NCBI GenBank assembly: GCA_045613105.1
Contig: JAZLAI010000017.1
Coordinates: forward strand, 43,497 to 107,496
DNA length: 64,000 bases
Origin: Bacteroidales bacterium
GTDB lineage: Bacteria > Bacteroidota > Bacteroidia > Bacteroidales > F082
Direction: 5' to 3'
The notes under the pieces were generated by a model. That model saw nothing but the letters and a program-made list of their open reading frames with translations. It was not told the DNA's origin and ran no database searches. This document shows positions 26,477 to 33,485 of the stretch, one piece after another. The number at the start of each line of letters is the position of its first letter. Within the stretch, counting starts at the first letter, position 1. The position numbers and the translations under genes were made by a program.

Positions 26477-28123
26477 TTATTTTCTGCTGTTGTCGATCAA
26501 AAGTTCTGGTGACATTTCATAATAGATGTCTGTAGGTATTCCCATTCCGTTGACTTTGTCGAGGTCAGCTTGTAATGTTGGTTTGATGACACCGTCAGTA
26601 GCGATCCATTCTTTTACAAATTCGTAGTTGCCGTCGCCTTGAGCTTTGAGGATTTCACCGCCGAGTTTAGCAACAGCTACCTTCATGTTGTCGAAATTGA
26701 TTGCATATAAACCTTCTTCGTTACGAGTGAATGCTCCTTCTTTTTCCAAGAAGTTGAAGGTTAACATATTAGCTTTACCGTGTGCGCTTGAAGCACCGAA
26801 ACGTACTGAACGGAAGATACCTGCCATGAAAGTAGTGTAGTTTTCTTCCAATGTTGAGTTAGTATATTCACCCATTTCAGCAAGTTTTGTAACCAAATAA
26901 AGTCCGAGGATATCAGCTTTAGCTTCTTCAATACCAGAATATTGTTCTTTAAGAGCGTGACGTACAGTGCCTTTACCATCGAGTGTGTTTTTTATACCCA
27001 TACCGTGAGCTACTTCGTGGAACATAACGTTAGCGAAGAAAGCTTCGAATTTTATATTCTCGCGTGATTCTGGTGTCATGAGTACGTCTGAAATAGGAAC
27101 GAGGATGTTGTCGAACTTAGCTTTCATAGCGTTCTTGAGTTGTAATTTACGAGTTCCTTTTTGAAGCTGAACTTGTTCATCGTTAGGCAAGTTGATAGCT
27201 ATTGTCTTGCCAGCCATGTTACAGTCGCCGCCGTAGAATACAGCATCATAGACTGCAAGGTCAGCGTCAGCGCCTGGCTTTTCTTGCTTATATTCTTCAG
27301 CTACTGGGAGTTGTGTTTGTAATAATGGGAGAAGTTCTGCGTAACGAGCAAGTTGGCTGCTCCATGCGTGATCTTTAATCAAGATGAAAGCCTCGTGAGC
27401 TGCCTTGTAGCCATAGAGAGCGTCAACATAATTTTCGATTGGACCGACAACGAAATCGACGTTGTTGTTACGTACATCCATCCAAGCCATGTCGCTTTCA
27501 AAATAATCGTCTGTTAAAACAGCTTTAGCTCTGAGACGCAAGTAGTCAGCAAATTCTTTGTCACCTGCGAGGTCGGCAGCTTTGTTTAACAATTCAGCAA
27601 CCTTATTGATTTGTTCAGCGTAAGCATCATGGAACCATACAGATTGTAACTGACCGTTTTCGTCGCGTTTGATCAAAGTGTAGAGACTTGTCTTGTCAGG
27701 GTTGTCCCATGCTTCAAATTCTTCTTTTGTCATGTCAGCCGGATAGAAACCTGCACCTGCTGGCATTGCGCCGTATTCAGGAAGGAAAGAAGCGAGGTTA
27801 TCGAAGTGGTTCCAAGGACCATAGTTAATTTCTGCGAAGAGACGAGCGTCAGGATCTTGGATTGAGTTCAAGAAAGCTTCTTTGTCGCCACCGAAGTTCT
27901 GTGTCCAGAAAATATCATCCATGATATTACCGATTTCATAGAGATAGCCCAACATTTGTTTCTCATTGTCTGACAAATGAGTGATGTCGGATGTTAATTG
28001 AACCTTAGCATATTGCTTTGTAAGGTCAGCATAGTTAGTCTTGGCTTCTTGTTTTTCAGGATTAGCGCAGCTGATTGTAGCTGCTCCTAATGTCAAAATC
28101 ATTACTAAGTTTTTAATTTTCAT
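26477..28123 (-). CDS. Zn-dependent hydrolase lipoprotein, M49/DPP3-family-like
   Basis: 548 aa. Lipobox LGAATISC. Metal motifs FHEVAHGMG and EEAKADILG. Confidence 0.5.
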   Translation of the reverse strand: MKIKNLVMILTLGAATISCANPEKQEAKTNYADLTKQYAKVQLTSDITHLSDNEKQMLGYLYEIGNIMDDIFWTQNFGGDKEAFLNSIQDPDARLFAEINYGPWNHFDNLASFLPEYGAMPAGAGFYPADMTKEEFEAWDNPDKTSLYTLIKRDENGQLQSVWFHDAYAEQINKVAELLNKAADLAGDKEFADYLRLRAKAVLTDDYFESDMAWMDVRNNNVDFVVGPIENYVDALYGYKAAHEAFILIKDHAWSSQLARYAELLPLLQTQLPVAEEYKQEKPGADADLAVYDAVFYGGDCNMAGKTIAINLPNDEQVQLQKGTRKLQLKNAMKAKFDNILVPISDVLMTPESRENIKFEAFFANVMFHEVAHGMGIKNTLDGKGTVRHALKEQYSGIEEAKADILGLYLVTKLAEMGEYTNSTLEENYTTFMAGIFRSVRFGASSAHGKANMLTFNFLEKEGAFTRNEEGLYAINFDNMKVAVAKLGGEILKAQGDGNYEFVKEWIATDGVIKPTLQADLDKVNGMGIPTDIYYEMSPELLIDNSRK

Positions 28124-28151
28124 TTTTGTTATTTATTTTGTGTTAATATTT

Positions 28152-28166
28152 TTTTAAACTAAGGCT
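28152..28166. repeat. 15-mer ttttaaactaaggct, repeated at 33168-33182
   Basis: Exact 15-nt match on the same strand in two intergenic spacers, each followed by CAAC/GTTG heptad-like sequence. Confidence 0.7.
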
Positions 28167-28178
28167 GTTGAACTTTGA

Positions 28179-28898
28179 TTAATTCTTGATTAGATCAACG
28201 ACCATAATGATATCGTTCCATGTCTGGACAAAATATTGTCTGACAGCTTCAAAGATATTCATAGGATCAGACATTCCGCCACTTACAGAATATATTATCA
28301 AAGATATATTGAAAAGCAGGAATGTTATTATGTAAAGATATGAAAGAAACACTCCGCACAACTGGATGTCGCTTTGGTCGCGACGAGTATCTTTTTTCCA
28401 GCATAAGATATAAAACATCAAGGAGAATCCTATAATGACATCTACGATAGGGAGACATTCATTCTTTATCATGAGACGAAACAGGAGGAGGAGGAATGTA
28501 AGATAAGGCAGCATATAAGGAGCCAATGTTGACATGATGCTTATATAACCATTTTTCCTTGAGCTGCTGACGAATCCGAGAGTGTTGTCGCCGTATGTAA
28601 GAGAGTCAGACGATTTTGCATTGAACTGATAAATCTTTCTTCTCAAGAAAAGAGCACCTACCAGCATGTGTGCGCCTTCATGCGACATTGTCTGCATAAT
28701 ATCTATATTCTTTCTGAACACAAACCTATGCATGACAAGATATACAACAAAACCGACTCCAACCCATAAATAACCCGAATAAAGATCATTCATCGTTGCA
28801 TTCACTGCATAAACTATTGTCCGATAGAATTCAAAAGCGGCTATAACAATGCTGATAACCAAAAGAAAAATGGTTATAAACTTACGGAATTTACTCAT
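28179..28898 (-). CDS. Integral membrane putative metallopeptidase (M50B-like, HExxH)
   Basis: 239 aa with about 6 TM segments, an SHEGAHML motif at a membrane boundary and a later DQSDI motif. Confidence 0.45.
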   Translation of the reverse strand: MSKFRKFITIFLLVISIVIAAFEFYRTIVYAVNATMNDLYSGYLWVGVGFVVYLVMHRFVFRKNIDIMQTMSHEGAHMLVGALFLRRKIYQFNAKSSDSLTYGDNTLGFVSSSRKNGYISIMSTLAPYMLPYLTFLLLLFRLMIKNECLPIVDVIIGFSLMFYILCWKKDTRRDQSDIQLCGVFLSYLYIITFLLFNISLIIYSVSGGMSDPMNIFEAVRQYFVQTWNDIIMVVDLIKN

Positions 28899-28978
28899 AA
28901 CTAATAGTTTAAAGTTTAAGGTTAAAAAACTTTTTCTCGGCTGTAAAGTTAAGAAAAAATATACAAGGTATTACATCT

Positions 28979-30103
28979 TTATAAAAATAAATCAGCAGCT
29001 ATTCCGTCGGCGAAAAGCATGCCTTCATCAGTGAGGATGTAATTATTATTTTTTATTAACATTATTCCCGAATCAAGGTGTTTCTTAACGTTTTTTAAGA
29101 AATGAACAGCATATCTGTCTCCATAATCCGCCTCCATTTTCCCGACATTGCATCCCCACGAAGTTCGCAGACTCGTCATGACATATTCATTAAATTTATC
29201 GTCTGTCGTAAGCATTTCCTTCTCGAAATAATCATCAGCATTTCCTGCTAGTTGAATGTATTTCGTGAGATTAGAGATATTCCACTGACGCGAATTTCCG
29301 TCGTAAGAATGAGCGGAAGGCCCTAATCCTAGATACTTCTCATCCATCCAATAAATACTGTTATGCTGTGAGCGGGATCCTTCTTTGGCGAAGTTGGAAA
29401 TCTCGTAATGTTCGAAGCCGTTTTCTTTTGTTCTCTCAACTAGAATTTCATAATGACGTATTGTTTCTTCCTCACTAACAGATTGCAAATCTCCTTTTTC
29501 AATACGCTGACCTAGGATAGTTTTAGGCTCTACCGTCAAGGCATATGCTGAGAGATGCGATATTCCTGTAGAAAAGAAAATGTCGAGATTTTCATTCCAT
29601 TTCTTTTCTGTCAATGTCGGGACACCATAGATAAGGTCAAGTGTCAGTTTTTCAAAACCTACTTCATGTAATTCCTCCAAAACCTTCAGCGCATGTCTTG
29701 AATCGTGCCGTCTGTCCAGATATTTCAAGTCATCATCATGAAAGCTTTGGATACCAACACTGATTCTATTTATACCCAACGACTTAAGACCCAGCATCTT
29801 TTCTTTGTCGATAGTATCTGGATTCACTTCAAGAGTTATTTCAGGATTGGAAACGATGTCATAATTTTTATTAAGAATATTTATTATCTCTTCAATATTC
29901 TTGACGGAAAGCAGTGATGGTGTCCCGCCTCCGAAATATATTGTCCTCACCGTCTCGTTTCCGAGATATGACTTGCGGGCGACGATTTCCTTCTTCAAAG
30001 CTTCAACATAATGTGAGATTTTACTTTCCGAAGCCAAGGAAAAGAAATTACAATATGCGCATTTGCTTTTGCAAAAAGGAGTGTGAATATATATTCCTGC
30101 CAT
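28979..30103 (-). CDS. hemW: Radical SAM family heme chaperone / oxygen-independent coproporphyrinogen oxidase-like (HemW/HemN-like)
   Basis: MAGIYIHTPFCKSKCAYCNF (CxxxCxxC), GGGTPS, HemN_C-like tail. The ATG at 30103 is preferred; the longer track ORF reads through a heptad array. Confidence 0.8.
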   Translation of the reverse strand: MAGIYIHTPFCKSKCAYCNFFSLASESKISHYVEALKKEIVARKSYLGNETVRTIYFGGGTPSLLSVKNIEEIINILNKNYDIVSNPEITLEVNPDTIDKEKMLGLKSLGINRISVGIQSFHDDDLKYLDRRHDSRHALKVLEELHEVGFEKLTLDLIYGVPTLTEKKWNENLDIFFSTGISHLSAYALTVEPKTILGQRIEKGDLQSVSEEETIRHYEILVERTKENGFEHYEISNFAKEGSRSQHNSIYWMDEKYLGLGPSAHSYDGNSRQWNISNLTKYIQLAGNADDYFEKEMLTTDDKFNEYVMTSLRTSWGCNVGKMEADYGDRYAVHFLKNVKKHLDSGIMLIKNNNYILTDEGMLFADGIAADLFL

Positions 30104-30115
30104 AGTTAATGAAAC

Positions 30116-30164
30116 TGTCAACGGGCAACAGACAACAGACGTTGAAGTCTGAGTTTGTTGAAAG
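30116..30164. repeat. Heptad array tgtcaac/gggcaac/agacaac/agacgtt/gaagtct/gagtttg/ttgaaag in the hemW 5' leader
   Basis: The minus strand reads gtctgtt gtctgtt gcccgtt gacagtt, 23/28 identical to the A2M intragenic array at 21436-21463. Contains the hairpin cagac-gttgaa-gtctg. Confidence 0.8.
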
Positions 30165-30255
30165 TGATTTCTGAAATGCAAAATTAAAATAATTCTTGAT
30201 GCTTTTAATAAAGAAAAAAATCTTATTTTCGTAAACTATTTATAAAGATAAAAAC

Positions 30256-30984
30256 ATGAGTATATACAATAGATTATCAGACACTTCAAAAAAGAAATTT
30301 GCAGTTCTGATAGACCCTGACAAACCTACTGACGAACAAATCATCAAGATAGTCGAGCAATCGATGGAAGCAGATGTGGACTTTTTCTTTGTCGGAGGCA
30401 GTCTTTTAACTACCGACAGTCTTGACCATTGCATAAAGCTTATCAAGAAACACTGCGACATCCCTGTTCTAATATTCCCTGGCAACTCATTGCAGATCAG
30501 CAAATGGTGCGACGGATTCTTGTTATTATCACTCATATCCGGACGTAATTCCGAGATGCTTATCGGCCGCCACGTCATCGCAGCTCCATATCTCAAGCTC
30601 TACGGCAATGAAATCATCCCGACAGGTTATATGCTCATAGACGGCGGCTGCCCTACATCGGTCTCATATATGAGCAACACCACTCCTATACCGCACGACA
30701 AGGCCGACATCGCGATGTGCACAGCATTGGCAGGCGAGATGCTAGGACTTAAAGTCATCTATATGGATGCAGGATCAGGTGCCACAATGCCAATATCTAA
30801 CGAGATGATCGACAAAGTGAAAAGAACTATCAGCATCCCTCTTATCGTTGGCGGCGGCATCAAAACTCCAGAGAAAGCAGCAGAGATGGCAAAGGCAGGA
30901 GCCGACATCATCGTCGTGGGCAACGCCTTGGAAAAAGGAATAGAGAAACTGCAGAAATTCTCCGACGCAATACACAATTCATAA
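30256..30984 (+). CDS. Geranylgeranylglyceryl phosphate synthase family protein (PcrB/GGGPS-like)
   Basis: 242 aa. Contains FAVLIDPDK, FFFVGGS, IIPTGYMLI, IYMDAGSGA, LIVGGGIKTPEKA, IIVVGNALEK. Collinear with B. subtilis PcrB as I recall it. Confidence 0.8.
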   Translation: MSIYNRLSDTSKKKFAVLIDPDKPTDEQIIKIVEQSMEADVDFFFVGGSLLTTDSLDHCIKLIKKHCDIPVLIFPGNSLQISKWCDGFLLLSLISGRNSEMLIGRHVIAAPYLKLYGNEIIPTGYMLIDGGCPTSVSYMSNTTPIPHDKADIAMCTALAGEMLGLKVIYMDAGSGATMPISNEMIDKVKRTISIPLIVGGGIKTPEKAAEMAKAGADIIVVGNALEKGIEKLQKFSDAIHNS

Positions 30985-31013
30985 TGAACAAATCACAATT
31001 AAATAATAATACC

Positions 31014-33164
31014 ATGAGAAAGACTTTTTTATTAATCGCATTGTTTTGCTTAACAGCAAACTCCATTTTCGCTCAAGAAAAGAAAATGCTCACCCCTAAC
31101 GATGCAGCTTACATGAACCGCAGCATCTATCCAACAGGAAAGAACGTAAAATGGTTGCCTAACATCGACAAATACATCTTCACCGAAGGCAACAATCTTA
31201 TGATTCAAGATGTCAATGCCAAAGAAGCCAGTGTATTCCTAACACTCGACCAAGTCAACTTCTATTTGAATCAAGCTGAAATGGATAGCGTAAAACGTCT
31301 TCCTAATCTCACATGGATCGACAACCAACAAGCATATTACTACAGCTTCAACAAAGAGAACAACTGTATAGACCTCAACCTCCTCGACATCAAAGCTAAG
31401 AACATCAAAAAAATAACTTCTGTCCCATCAAATGCAGAAAACCAAACTGTCACGACACCTTCTTTAAAAGTCGCTTACACCATCGACAACAATTTATATT
31501 TCGCTGACGGCGACAAACAGGTTCAAGTCACCGACAACCCTGAAAACGTCGTTGCAGGACAATCTGTTCACCGCAATGAGTTTGCCATCGATGGCGGTAT
31601 CTTCTGGTCAAATGACGGCAACAAACTCGCTTATTACAACATGGATGAAAGCATGGTGACCGATTATCCATTAGTTGACATCACAGAACGTGTAGCCACT
31701 GCTAAACCTATAAAATATCCTATGGCAGGAATGAAAAGCCACGAAGTGAAATTACATGTCTATGACATAGCCTCTGGCAACGACTTGGTCGTCAAGACAG
31801 GTGAACCTGCAGAACAATATCTTACTGCGATAACATGGAATCCAGACAATGAGAAGATCTATATCGGTGTGTTAAACCGCGGTCAAAATCATCTTCAATT
31901 TAATGAATACAGCGCATTGGATGGTGAATATCTACAGACTATCTTTGAAGACAAAGACGAACAATATGTTGAACCTGTAGGTCCAGCTCATTTCATGCCT
32001 AACAGCAATACAGAGTTCTTATGGCTCGCCCAACGCGACGGATTCTATCATATCTGGAAACACAACACAACAACAAAAGAAGCAAAACAAATCACAAAAG
32101 GCGACTTCGTCATCACTGCTTTTGAAGGCTTCGACAAAAACGGAAACAACATATATTACACTTCAACAGAAGTAAGTCCTTTGGAACGTCATTACTACAA
32201 ACACAACATCAAGAGCGGCAAGAAAGTGAAGATCACTAAAGAACACGGAACTCACGGTGTTATGCCAAGTGCTTCTGGAAAATATTTCATCGATTCATAC
32301 TCAAGCACCGATGTCGCAAGAAACATTGACATCATGGATGCAAACGGCAAATACATCAAACGTTTACATGAAGCAGTAGATCCATTGCAAGATTACAATA
32401 TCGGAACAATAGAACTCGGCACATTGGAAGCAGAAGACGGTCAGACATTGTACACACGTATGATCAAGCCTTACAACTTCGATGAAAGCAAGAAATATCC
32501 TGTCATCATCTACGTTTATGGCGGTCCCCATGCTCAATTGATCACCGACGAATGGACAGCAGGAGCTGGCTTATATTTACATTATCTCTCACAAGAAGGT
32601 TTTATCGTATTCACCTTGGACAACAGAGGTTCTGCCGACAGAGGCGAAGCTTTTGAACAAGTAATACACCGCCAATGCGGACAAGCAGAAATGCGTGACC
32701 AGAAAGTAGGTATCGACTATCTTAAGTCTCTTCCATACGTCGATGCTGACCGTATCGGAACTGACGGATGGAGCTACGGCGGATTCATGAGCACCAACAT
32801 GAAGATCAACTATCCAGAAGACGTAAAGGTTTCTACAGCAGGAGGACCTGTCATGGATTGGAAATATTATGAAATAATGTACGGAGAACGTTACATGGAT
32901 ACTCCAGAAGAAAATCCAGAAGGCTACGAACTAACAAGCCTCGAAAACAAGACAGACAAACTCGAAGGCAAACTGATGATTATCCACTGCACAACAGACC
33001 CTGTCGTTCTCTGGCAACACTCATTGGTATTCGTTGAAAACTGTATCCATAACGGAAAACAATTGGATTACTTCGTATATCCAGGTCACGACCATAACGT
33101 TTACGGACCAGACAGAGCTCATTTGGTAACAAAAATAACCGAATATTTCAAAGCTAATCTGTAA
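31014..33164 (+). CDS. Dipeptidyl-peptidase IV (S9B prolyl oligopeptidase family)
   Basis: MRKTFLLIALFCLTANSIFAQ signal, DPPIV N-terminal propeller, nucleophile GWSYGGFM, TTDPVV, GHDHNV. An alternative start at 30984 overlaps the upstream stop (TAATG). Confidence 0.88.
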   Translation: MRKTFLLIALFCLTANSIFAQEKKMLTPNDAAYMNRSIYPTGKNVKWLPNIDKYIFTEGNNLMIQDVNAKEASVFLTLDQVNFYLNQAEMDSVKRLPNLTWIDNQQAYYYSFNKENNCIDLNLLDIKAKNIKKITSVPSNAENQTVTTPSLKVAYTIDNNLYFADGDKQVQVTDNPENVVAGQSVHRNEFAIDGGIFWSNDGNKLAYYNMDESMVTDYPLVDITERVATAKPIKYPMAGMKSHEVKLHVYDIASGNDLVVKTGEPAEQYLTAITWNPDNEKIYIGVLNRGQNHLQFNEYSALDGEYLQTIFEDKDEQYVEPVGPAHFMPNSNTEFLWLAQRDGFYHIWKHNTTTKEAKQITKGDFVITAFEGFDKNGNNIYYTSTEVSPLERHYYKHNIKSGKKVKITKEHGTHGVMPSASGKYFIDSYSSTDVARNIDIMDANGKYIKRLHEAVDPLQDYNIGTIELGTLEAEDGQTLYTRMIKPYNFDESKKYPVIIYVYGGPHAQLITDEWTAGAGLYLHYLSQEGFIVFTLDNRGSADRGEAFEQVIHRQCGQAEMRDQKVGIDYLKSLPYVDADRIGTDGWSYGGFMSTNMKINYPEDVKVSTAGGPVMDWKYYEIMYGERYMDTPEENPEGYELTSLENKTDKLEGKLMIIHCTTDPVVLWQHSLVFVENCIHNGKQLDYFVYPGHDHNVYGPDRAHLVTKITEYFKANL

Positions 33165-33182
33165 GAATTTTAAACTAAGGCT

Positions 33183-33217
33183 CAACGGTCAACAGTCATA
33201 AGTTAAGAGTCATAAAT
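33183..33217. repeat. Heptad array caacggt/caacagt/cataagt/taagagt/cataaat after the DPP4 stop
   Basis: 7-nt periodicity and several TAA triplets. Preceded by the shared 15-mer at 33168-33182. Confidence 0.7.
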
Positions 33218-33268
33218 ACGTCAACGACAACTTGTTATTTTTTAAGTGTCGTTGACGTATTTTTTTTT
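33216..33268 (+). terminator. Intrinsic terminator of the DPP4 gene
   Basis: Perfect 14-bp stem atacgtcaacgaca / tgtcgttgacgtat with a 17-nt loop, then TTTTTTTT. Confidence 0.8.
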
Positions 33269-33366
33269 GCAATATTACAAGGTATAATAGACAAAATACA
33301 GGACGGGGCCATTATTTTTGGCAATTATTATTTTTAAAAAAACTTTGATTTCTTAAAAAAAGTCCA

Positions 33367-33374
33367 TATATTTG
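33367..33374 (+). promoter_or_regulatory. Candidate -7 box TATATTTG for the 33486 gene
   Basis: Exact TAnnTTTG, but 112 nt upstream of the ATG, which implies a long leader. Confidence 0.35.
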
Positions 33375-33485
33375 TTGACACTTATTGATGTGAATCATGA
33401 AACAAAATGGGCTCTCTTAATCCCATCCACATTTTTTTAGAATTTTAGATTTTCTAAATATATTATTAACTAAATTTTTTGCACT

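Noticed and set aside
33395-33450. Possible leader peptide (MKQNGLS) plus attenuator hairpin (atggg...cccat, tgtg...caca, then a T-run) in the long 5' region of the 33486 gene
   Set aside because: The stem is only 5 bp with a large asymmetric bulge. The mini-ORF has no regulatory codon bias. This is too weak to call.
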